Origin: Nitrospirota bacterium | GTDB taxonomy: Bacteria; Nitrospirota; Thermodesulfovibrionia; Thermodesulfovibrionales; UBA9159 | Length of the DNA stretch: 41,616 bases | Direction of reading: 5' to 3' | Assembly (NCBI GenBank): GCA_037442785.1 | Contig: JBBIPQ010000004.1 | Span: forward strand, 1 to 41,616 | Shown here: positions 35,021-41,616 of the stretch, piece by piece | Layout: each line of letters opens with the position of its first letter | How positions within the stretch are numbered: the stretch's first letter is position 1 | Notes under the pieces: generated by a model | Told to the model about the DNA's origin: nothing | Database searches by the model: none | Seen by the model: the letters and a program-made list of their open reading frames with translations, nothing else | Program-made: the position numbers and the translations under genes

Positions 35021-36138
35021 TGTCTCTTCTAAAACAAAGGATCATAGAAAGGATCAGGTCAGAAGGCCCTATTAACTTTGAGGCATTTATGGAGATGGCC
35101 CTGTATTACCCAGGGCTGGGCTATTATTCCCGGCAATCAACAGTGATTGGAAGAGATGGAGACTTCTACACATGCCCTCACCTTCATTCGATCTTTGGTG
35201 CAATGATAGGAAGGCAGATGGTAGAGTTCTGGATTATCATCGGAAAGTCTAACTTCCATCTGATTGAGATGGGGGCTGGGGAGGGTTGTCTTGCCAGGGA
35301 TTTGCTCAATTACCTGAAGACCTTCTGGCCTGATTTCTTTAATAGACTCACTTACACCATAATAGAGAAGAATCCTTCAGTTAAGGAAAGACAGGAGAGA
35401 TTACTCTCTGATTTCTCAGGAAGGATCAGATGGCTGGGTGATATTGATGACCTGGATGATTTTGAGGGCTGTCTATTCTCAAATGAACTCCTTGACTCAT
35501 TCCCGGTAAGACTTATTGTGATGGATGAGGATCTGAAGGAAGTCTTTGTATCTATCGATGACGATGACAATCTCATTGAGATAAAGAAGGACTGCACCCC
35601 TGAGGTAAGAGAATACCTGGAGGAGTTCAATATTGAACTACCGCGAGGCTACAGGACAGAGGTCAATCTCAGGATAAGGGAATGGCTGGTTAAGGTCAAT
35701 AACAGGCTAAAGGAAGGATTTATTATGACTGTAGATTATGGGTATTCAGCCCCTGATTATTACAGTGAGGAAAGGAATAGAGGAACCTTGCTCTGTTATC
35801 ACAATCACAGGATAGAAGAAAACCCCTTTGAAGATATTGGTGACCAGGATATAACTGCCCATATAAATTTTTCTTCCCTTAAAAAATGGGGGGAAGACCT
35901 GGGAATAAAGACCATCGGTTTTTGTGAGCAAGGCCCGTATCTTGTATCACTTGGGATTGATGAGGTAATAAGGGAGTTGTGCGGTGATTCCCCTGATCCC
36001 TTTGATATAGCAAGGATAAAAGGACTCCTCTTACCAGAGGGTATGGGAGAGTCCCATAAGGTTATGATTCAGTACAAGGTAAACAGGGATATAAGACTGA
36101 GAGGCTTTAACCTAAGGAATCGCCTCAACTGGCTATGA
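35020..36138 (+). CDS. SAM-dependent methyltransferase, MidA/NDUFAF7 (DUF185) family
   Basis: 372 aa. The GTG start overlaps the nadA stop (TAGTG). INFEAFMEMALYYPGLGYY and EMGAGEG are typical of MidA. Confidence 0.8.
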   Translation: MSLLKQRIIERIRSEGPINFEAFMEMALYYPGLGYYSRQSTVIGRDGDFYTCPHLHSIFGAMIGRQMVEFWIIIGKSNFHLIEMGAGEGCLARDLLNYLKTFWPDFFNRLTYTIIEKNPSVKERQERLLSDFSGRIRWLGDIDDLDDFEGCLFSNELLDSFPVRLIVMDEDLKEVFVSIDDDDNLIEIKKDCTPEVREYLEEFNIELPRGYRTEVNLRIREWLVKVNNRLKEGFIMTVDYGYSAPDYYSEERNRGTLLCYHNHRIEENPFEDIGDQDITAHINFSSLKKWGEDLGIKTIGFCEQGPYLVSLGIDEVIRELCGDSPDPFDIARIKGLLLPEGMGESHKVMIQYKVNRDIRLRGFNLRNRLNWL

Positions 36139-36883
36139 CCCTCAACCTCTCTACACTCCTCTTGACCCTTTCAGGGGTGTGTGATTCAATCGTGTAGATA
36201 CATTCTCTATCTTTGAGCTTCCTGAAAAGAGAATCAAAGTCAAAGTTTCCTTCACCGATGGGTAGATGGGAGTCAAAGGAGCGGTCATTGTCATGAAGAT
36301 GAAGTTCGAAGATGTAAGTCCCGAGCATATCAAGCCATTCTGTCAAAGGTAGCTTGCTGAAAAGGTTGAAATGGCCTGTATCGAAGCATATACCAAAATT
36401 CTCTGAATGTAATTCCCCCATCAGTTGAAGGAGGTTTGATGGCTCATCCTCAAAGATATTCTCGATTGCGATCTTTGTCCCGAGGGCCTCTGCCCTCTTA
36501 ATGAGGGTTGGCCATGTCTTCACGCTTCCTTCAAGCCAGACATCTATCCTGTGGGCATACTTCCATTTCTCGTATCCTGAATGAAAGACGATCGTGACTG
36601 GTCTCAGTATCTCTGATATATCCAGGATGCTGGAAAATCTTGCTATGGTAACGTCCCTTACCTTTGAGTCAACAGCACCAGGTGATAGGTCCATGAAAGG
36701 GGCATGGATTGAGAGGGAAGGGCAATGATTGAGACTTTCCTTTAGAGAGATTATATCCCTTTCCCTCAGGGTATCAAGGGATGAGGATGGGAAGTATATC
36801 TCTGGACAGAGACCTTCCCTCCTCAGGAGGTCGATATGGTCTTCTAAACGGGCACAGGGGATGTGGACATGGATTCCTCTCAC
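36125..36883 (-). CDS. Xylose isomerase-like TIM-barrel protein (sugar phosphate isomerase/epimerase family)
   Basis: 252 aa. Motifs: HAPF, IENI, CFDTGHFNLF, HLHDN. Confidence 0.7.
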   Translation of the reverse strand: MRGIHVHIPCARLEDHIDLLRREGLCPEIYFPSSSLDTLRERDIISLKESLNHCPSLSIHAPFMDLSPGAVDSKVRDVTIARFSSILDISEILRPVTIVFHSGYEKWKYAHRIDVWLEGSVKTWPTLIKRAEALGTKIAIENIFEDEPSNLLQLMGELHSENFGICFDTGHFNLFSKLPLTEWLDMLGTYIFELHLHDNDRSFDSHLPIGEGNFDFDSLFRKLKDRECIYTIESHTPERVKRSVERLRVIAS

Positions 36884-37149
36884 GATGTTTTATCCTGAGA
36901 AGAAGTGGTGCTTTCGTTCTTGTTTGTTGAACCATTTCCTTTATCTTTCCCCTCTGTCTTTTTCCCATTATTAGAGGCATAATCTGTCTTATACCATCCG
37001 CTACCTTTCAGCACAAAGGAAGTCCTGGAAATGAGCTTTCTGACAGCACCATTACAGTCCGGACATTCAATGAGGGGATCGTCACCGAACCTCTGGGTGA
37101 TCTCGTGGATCTTTCCGCAGGAAAGACACTCATATTCATACACTGGCAT
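36880..37149 (-). CDS. FmdB-family zinc-ribbon protein (CxxC_CxxC_SSSS)
   Basis: 89 aa. MPVYEYECLSCGKIHEITQ...ECPDCNG is the canonical FmdB motif. Polar low-complexity tail. GAGGAGG SD. Confidence 0.8.
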   Translation of the reverse strand: MPVYEYECLSCGKIHEITQRFGDDPLIECPDCNGAVRKLISRTSFVLKGSGWYKTDYASNNGKKTEGKDKGNGSTNKNESTTSSQDKTS

Positions 37150-37179
37150 GACAAAACCTCCTCATCAAATTTTTTTTAA

Positions 37180-37208
37180 ATATAACCGATTTTAGAGGAT
37201 CAGGTCAA
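37180..37208 (-). promoter_or_regulatory. Sigma70-type promoter TTGACC-17-TTATAT for the fmdB-like/TIM-barrel unit
   Basis: Minus strand TTGACC (37208..37203), 17-bp spacer, TTATAT (37185..37180), then a leader of about 24 nt with an SD. Confidence 0.45.
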
Positions 37209-37221
37209 ATCTTAATCTTAT

Positions 37222-38493
37222 TTATTGTTCAAGATACAGCTCTCCTCTGTCATAGTCATAGGCAAAGAGTTCTGCATACCTTCCCCAATCAATGGCTATT
37301 TCTAACTGGTTCCATGCCTCATCAGTCGTAAAATGGTTCTCCAGTATCTCTATGAAGAAGTCCTCTGATATCCTGTGCTTTGATGTGGACTGAAGGACCT
37401 GTGTTATCTGTTTAATTAGCTGAATATTATTCAGGGCTGTTTCCCTGAATATCTCTTTCTTCATGAGAGTATCTGCCTCAGCAAACTCCTTTCCCTTTCT
37501 GATGAGTATAAAGTCTCCTTCTTTTATCTCTCCAAAACCGAGAAACACAGAGGCCTCCATAAGGGGGAATATATCGTCTACCTCCATGCTGAGCTCAGAT
37601 GCTAATGTGGGGATATCAACCCGTCCATCCCTATCATAGACAAGCTCGATGAGACCTGATATTGCACCAACCTTTGTATGGGGAAGGAACTGGTACCTCT
37701 CCCTCTTCATGAGGAATGGTATCTCCTCAGCTGGCTTTGTGAGTATTGTATATATCCTGTCCAGTATATAAAGGAAGTCCTTTGATCCTTTATCCCTCAT
37801 GTGTGGAAGATCTATACTGACGTCTGCCTTTACCCTTCCAGGGTTATGACTTAATATGATTGCCCTGTCTGACATGAAGACCGCCTCTTCAATATTATGG
37901 GTTACGAATATGATGGATTTTATGGGCATCTTTCTCTCCATCCACAGGGTGACAAGCTCACCTCTCAGGTTGTCTGCTGTCAGGACATCCAGGGCAGAGA
38001 ATGGCTCATCCATGAAAAGGACCTCGGGCTCAACCACGAGGGCACGAGCGATCCCGACCCTCTGCCTCATTCCTCCTGAAAGTTCCCTTGGATAGGCATC
38101 CTCGAAGCCGTCAAGACCAACGAGATCAAGCATCCTCAGGGAGCGATCTCTTATCTCCTGATCGGATAGACTGGATGCCCTGAGACCCATCTCTACATTT
38201 TCAAGTACAGTGAGCCATGGGAATAGGGCAAAACTCTGGAAGACCATCGCAATCTTTGGCATTGTCTTTCTGAGAGGAAGTCCGTGATAAAAGACCTCTC
38301 CTGATGAGGGAAGGGACAGCCCCGCCATAATCCTGAGAAGGGTTGACTTTCCAGCCCCTGAAGGGCCAAGTATAGAAACGAACTCGTTGTCCTTTATCTG
38401 GATATTGATATCCTCAAGGACAGCGATCTCCTTTCCTCCACTCATTGGATAGGACTTTGTAATACCCTTTGTCTCAAGGATCACGTCAGCCAT
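37222..38493 (-). CDS. ABC transporter ATP-binding protein (NitT/TauT family) with a C-terminal accessory domain
   Basis: 423 aa. Walker A GPSGAGKST, signature LSGGMRQR, Walker B LFMDEPFSALD, plus a C-terminal extension of about 170 aa. Confidence 0.85.
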   Translation of the reverse strand: MADVILETKGITKSYPMSGGKEIAVLEDINIQIKDNEFVSILGPSGAGKSTLLRIMAGLSLPSSGEVFYHGLPLRKTMPKIAMVFQSFALFPWLTVLENVEMGLRASSLSDQEIRDRSLRMLDLVGLDGFEDAYPRELSGGMRQRVGIARALVVEPEVLFMDEPFSALDVLTADNLRGELVTLWMERKMPIKSIIFVTHNIEEAVFMSDRAIILSHNPGRVKADVSIDLPHMRDKGSKDFLYILDRIYTILTKPAEEIPFLMKRERYQFLPHTKVGAISGLIELVYDRDGRVDIPTLASELSMEVDDIFPLMEASVFLGFGEIKEGDFILIRKGKEFAEADTLMKKEIFRETALNNIQLIKQITQVLQSTSKHRISEDFFIEILENHFTTDEAWNQLEIAIDWGRYAELFAYDYDRGELYLEQ

Positions 38494-38496
38494 ATT

Positions 38497-40212
38497 CTAA
38501 TCCAGTCTATATTTCTCCTCTGCAAGGGCAAATAACCTCTTCCACAGGAGTCTATTGATACTGACCACTATGATCGCCATTGATACAGTGCTGAGGAGGA
38601 GGACATGGAAATTTCCTGAAACGGTTGACTCAAATATCAAACTTCCCAACCCTTTTGTCTTAATTGTCTCACCTCCAAAGGTGACATATTCCGATACGAT
38701 CGTTGCATTCCAGGCTCCTCCTGTAGCAGTGATCAGACCTGTTACAAGATAGGGAAATATCCCTGGAAGGATCAGGGTCTTCCATCTCTTCCATCCCTTA
38801 ATCCTGAATATCTTTATAACATCCTTGAGTTCCTGTGGTATGGCACTTGCTCCGGCAATAACATTGAATAGTATATACCATTGGGTGCCAAGGAGCATAA
38901 GAAAGATTGAGCCAATTGTTAGTCCACCACCTAATCTTATCAATATGACCAAAATAACAGGGAATATGGCTGTTGCTGGTATTGATGAGGCTATCTGTAC
39001 AAGGGGTTGCAGGATCCGGGATGCTTTTGGGTTCATGCCAATATAAACCCCGACAGGGACTGTCCAGAGGGTTGCCAGGAGTATTGCAGTAGTCGTTCTC
39101 AGGATAGAATAAAAGGAGGAGATAATTACAGATACATACTCCTCTGCTGGTATGGCTGAAAATATTATCATTGCCCTTATCAATGACCATAACAATGCAA
39201 TTATTGCTGAGACCAGAAAAACAAGTTTGAAAGCCTTCTTTAATGGATTGATAAAACCAGGATAATGGGATGTCCTGACCCTTTTTGCCCTTGATTCAAT
39301 TAATCTTATAATCTTGCCCACACCTTCTGAAATGACCTTAACGAGGAGGGACCTTCTCAGGATATTGAGGACAAAGGATTCCCTCTCCTCTTCTGCCTGT
39401 ATCGGGTCAAACCTGAATTTCTGAGACCAGGCTATGAGAGGTCTCCAGAAGAATATATCGAGGGCAATTATCACAGTGATCATAGCACCCAGACCATAAA
39501 GGACAGAGATCATATCACCATGACTTGCAGCAGTCTGTATGTAAGAGCCAAGCCCTGGGAGTCTGAAATCCCTGTCTTTAAGCACGAACATCTCACAGGC
39601 CATAAGAAAGAACCACCCACCTGAGACTGACATCATGCTGTTCCAGACAAGGCCGATTGCGCTGAAAGGAAGATCAAGTTTTAAGAATCTTATAAATCTG
39701 CTATGTCTGAATATCCTTGTTACCTCAATCAATTCCCTCGGGATGGTCTTTAATGAGATATAATAGCTGAAGGCCATGTTCCAGACCTGTCCTGTAAAGA
39801 TCAATAATATAGACGCAAGTTCTATGCCGAGCCTCCTGTCATGGAAGATTGCAATCATCGCAAGGACAACGCCGGGGAGGAAGGACAGGACAGGTATTGA
39901 TTGGAGGATGTCGAGCAAAGGTATCATAACCTTCTCGGAAAGTTTGCTCCTATTTGCCGTATAACCATACCATATAGAAAAGGATAGAGAAAGAATGTAG
40001 GCAATAAATATCCGAACGACCGAATTTGCCGCGTAAAGAGGTATGTAGGAAACATGGAGATCTATATCTGTGGTTGGCTGGATCTCGTATCTCCAGCCCG
40101 AGGCAACATAGATTATTATGGTAAGAACCCCTATTATTGACAATAATACCATAATGTCTATTGTCTTGAACCTAATAGATATAGACGGGTATTGAATCGG
40201 AATCTTTAGCAT
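38497..40212 (-). CDS. ABC transporter permease with duplicated (two-module) transmembrane domain, NitT/TauT family
   Basis: 571 aa, about 12 TM segments in two homologous halves. There is a 3-nt gap to the ATPase gene. Confidence 0.8.
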   Translation of the reverse strand: MLKIPIQYPSISIRFKTIDIMVLLSIIGVLTIIIYVASGWRYEIQPTTDIDLHVSYIPLYAANSVVRIFIAYILSLSFSIWYGYTANRSKLSEKVMIPLLDILQSIPVLSFLPGVVLAMIAIFHDRRLGIELASILLIFTGQVWNMAFSYYISLKTIPRELIEVTRIFRHSRFIRFLKLDLPFSAIGLVWNSMMSVSGGWFFLMACEMFVLKDRDFRLPGLGSYIQTAASHGDMISVLYGLGAMITVIIALDIFFWRPLIAWSQKFRFDPIQAEEERESFVLNILRRSLLVKVISEGVGKIIRLIESRAKRVRTSHYPGFINPLKKAFKLVFLVSAIIALLWSLIRAMIIFSAIPAEEYVSVIISSFYSILRTTTAILLATLWTVPVGVYIGMNPKASRILQPLVQIASSIPATAIFPVILVILIRLGGGLTIGSIFLMLLGTQWYILFNVIAGASAIPQELKDVIKIFRIKGWKRWKTLILPGIFPYLVTGLITATGGAWNATIVSEYVTFGGETIKTKGLGSLIFESTVSGNFHVLLLSTVSMAIIVVSINRLLWKRLFALAEEKYRLD

Positions 40213-40217
40213 GACAT

Positions 40218-40223
40218 ATTATA
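40218..40223 (-). promoter_or_regulatory. -10 box TATAAT 5 nt upstream of the permease ATG; candidate leaderless promoter
   Basis: Plus strand attata 40218..40223, spacer (minus) ATGTC, ATG 40212..40210. No SD. Confidence 0.45.
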
Positions 40224-40233
40224 CAAGATGATG

Positions 40234-40242
40234 TGGTATAAT
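40234..40242 (+). promoter_or_regulatory. Extended -10 TGgTATAAT 5 nt upstream of the tauE-like ATG; candidate leaderless promoter
   Basis: TG 40234..40235, TATAAT 40237..40242, spacer TTTTC, ATG 40248. No SD. Confidence 0.5.
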
Positions 40243-40247
40243 TTTTC

Positions 40248-41177
40248 ATGGATTCCTTTGATGTTGTCTTTTCTATATCCGGGGTCAGGACTAATATCTT
40301 TATCCCTCCCTTAGTGGCCATGTTTATATCCTTTTTTACATCAATGGGAGGAGTATCCGGGGCATTTCTCCTATTGCCCTTCCAGATGAGCGTCCTGAAT
40401 TATACCGCTCCTTCAGTGAGCAGTACTAATCATGTATTCAATATCATTGCAATACCAAGTGGCGTTTATCGATATATCAAAGAGGGGCGTATGGCGTGGC
40501 CCCTCTCAATGATTATTATTGCAGGCACATTACCAGGGGTATTTATCGGATATTATCTCAGGGTCTTGTATTTACCGGACCCGAGGTCATTTAAACTCTT
40601 TGTTGGCCTTGTTTTGCTTTATATTGGTATCAGACTCTTAAAAGAGATCCTGGGCAAGTCAAGATCATCAACCCTTAAGACCCTTGATGATAGAATCAGG
40701 GAGAAAAAGGGTTTATCAGAGGAGGCCACTGTCAGGACAGTGGCTTTTTCATTAAAGAAGGTGGAATACGAATTCTGGGGTGAGAGATTTTCTTTCCCAA
40801 CGATGAGCATGTTTTTTCTTGCCCTTGTCGTGGGTATAATAGGAGGTGCCTATGGCATAGGTGGCGGTGCTATAATTGCTCCATTCTGTGTGGCTGTCTT
40901 TCACTTGCCTGTCTACACAATAGCAGGGGCTGCCTTAATGGGGACCTTTATGACATCTATTGCAGGTGCAGTATTCTTTACATTCGTCCCTCTGACCAAT
41001 GGGGTATCTGCAATGCCTGACTGGTCCCTTGGGATACTCTTTGGGATTGGTGGCTTCTTCGGTATGTATTTAGGCGCAAGGACCCAGAGATTTGTTCCGC
41101 AGAGATCCATAAAGATCATGCTTTGTCTGGTTATCCTCTTTCTGGCCTTAAGGTATATTGGTCAGTTTTTCAGCTAA
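40248..41177 (+). CDS. TauE/SafE-family (sulfite exporter-like) anion permease
   Basis: 309 aa, two-repeat 4+4 TM layout with glycine-rich helices (GGVSGAFLLLP, GGAYGIGGGAIIAP). Confidence 0.8.
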   Translation: MDSFDVVFSISGVRTNIFIPPLVAMFISFFTSMGGVSGAFLLLPFQMSVLNYTAPSVSSTNHVFNIIAIPSGVYRYIKEGRMAWPLSMIIIAGTLPGVFIGYYLRVLYLPDPRSFKLFVGLVLLYIGIRLLKEILGKSRSSTLKTLDDRIREKKGLSEEATVRTVAFSLKKVEYEFWGERFSFPTMSMFFLALVVGIIGGAYGIGGGAIIAPFCVAVFHLPVYTIAGAALMGTFMTSIAGAVFFTFVPLTNGVSAMPDWSLGILFGIGGFFGMYLGARTQRFVPQRSIKIMLCLVILFLALRYIGQFFS

Positions 41178-41226
41178 CTTCCTTTTTTGACAAATCAGAG
41201 GTCTATCATATAAATTATAAAATCCT

Positions 41227-41320
41227 GGAGAGGTGCCGGAGTGGTTGAACGGGCGCGACTGGAAATCGCGTGTGGGGTCTAAAAGCCCCACCGTGGGTTC
41301 AAATCCCACCCTCTCCGCCA
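41227..41320 (+). tRNA. tRNA-Ser (anticodon GGA), class II with a long variable arm and encoded CCA
   Basis: Folded by hand. Acceptor GGAGAGG/CCTCTCC, D-stem CCG/CGG with GG in the loop, anticodon stem CGCGA/TCGCG with loop CT-GGA-AA, variable arm GTGGGG/CCCCAC, T-arm GTGGG-TTCAAAT-CCCAC, discriminator G, CCA. Confidence 0.9.
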
Positions 41321-41429
41321 TGGCTTTCTTTTAAATTTAAATGATTCATGCGTTTTGAAATGCTTTAACCGTCAGTAAATCGTCAGTAACTGACCATATA
41401 CCTAATGGCTAAAAGCCAGGGAGGTATAA

Positions 41430-41516
41430 ATGGAGTGGGAGAAGATAGCAGAAAAGATAAGGGAGTATAGCTGCTTAAGCAGCGGGTTAGAGGTTGACTA
41501 TCCTGAAATATTATGA
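41430..41516 (+). CDS. Hypothetical 28-aa ORF MEWEKIAEKIREYSCLSSGLEVDYPEIL (speculative)
   Basis: GGGAGG SD 6-7 nt upstream of ATG 41430. No recognisable family. Lies downstream of tRNA-Ser. Confidence 0.15.
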   Translation: MEWEKIAEKIREYSCLSSGLEVDYPEIL

Positions 41517-41616
41517 TATTTTAACAACACAGATATCGTAAAAGGCGCCCTGAAGGCTGTAAGGGCATTTAACTTAAATAAAGAGGAATGCGATGGTATT
41601 GAGAGATAGCATGGCA

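Noticed and set aside
38497-41177. Treating the NitT/TauT-type ABC system (fused double permease, ATPase with C-terminal extension, no binding protein) plus the divergent TauE gene as a novel system
   Set aside because: As far as I recall, duplicated-permease ABC systems with an extended ATPase are a known, if poorly characterised, family. Only the promoter geometry is unusual, and that is reported separately.
41227-41320. Whether the long-variable-arm tRNA could be tRNA-Sec (selC), which would support the selenoprotein call
   Set aside because: The anticodon loop reads CT-GGA-AA, so the anticodon is GGA (Ser), not UCA. The acceptor stem is a standard 7 bp. It is an ordinary class II tRNA-Ser.
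1-41616. Search for CRISPR arrays, transposases/IS elements, integrases, prophage genes, toxin-antitoxin pairs or known defence systems
   Set aside because: No regularly spaced direct repeats were seen, and no ORF has transposase, integrase, nuclease-helicase or toxin-like motifs. The window is dominated by conserved housekeeping genes.

Overview
This 41.6-kb window looks like ordinary chromosome from a diderm, probably anaerobic bacterium. LptD, a 2-oxoacid:ferredoxin oxidoreductase subunit and several Fe-S proteins support that. GC content is moderate to low and arginine is mostly coded AGG/AGA. I cannot assign a taxon.

About 46 protein genes are tightly packed, and most are housekeeping: ilvBN, gpsA, pdxA, folC, nadA, lptD, malic enzyme, fur and ABC transporters. 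There is one tRNA-Ser(GGA) with an encoded CCA. I found no transposase, integrase, CRISPR array, rRNA or recognisable defence genes.

**Main finding.** The two RtcB fragments in the ORF track (17069..17374 and 17522..18523) are one in-frame RNA-ligase gene.
- It is interrupted by a single TGA that sits exactly where RtcB proteins have the invariant metal-binding Cys (DIN-C-GVRL).
- The 49 codons between the fragments are stop-free and RtcB-like.
- A 13-bp hairpin lies at SECIS-like distance downstream of the TGA.
- I therefore call a candidate selenocysteine-containing RtcB, co-operonic with archease.

**Secondary observations:**
- A recurrent (TGn)TATAAT-N5-7-ATG arrangement without a Shine-Dalgarno sequence at seven or more operon starts, suggesting widespread leaderless mRNAs. 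One case is a 35-bp divergent pair.
- Two near-identical FNR-like palindromes, equally spaced upstream of two units next to a Crp/Fnr regulator.
- A 21-nt intergenic repeat that can encode small MxTDIQ(K/R)TD peptides.
- A small palindromic element present both intergenically and inside a coding region.
- An uncharacterised SAM-methyltransferase/Cys-rich/Fe-S-DUF3786/UbiA operon.
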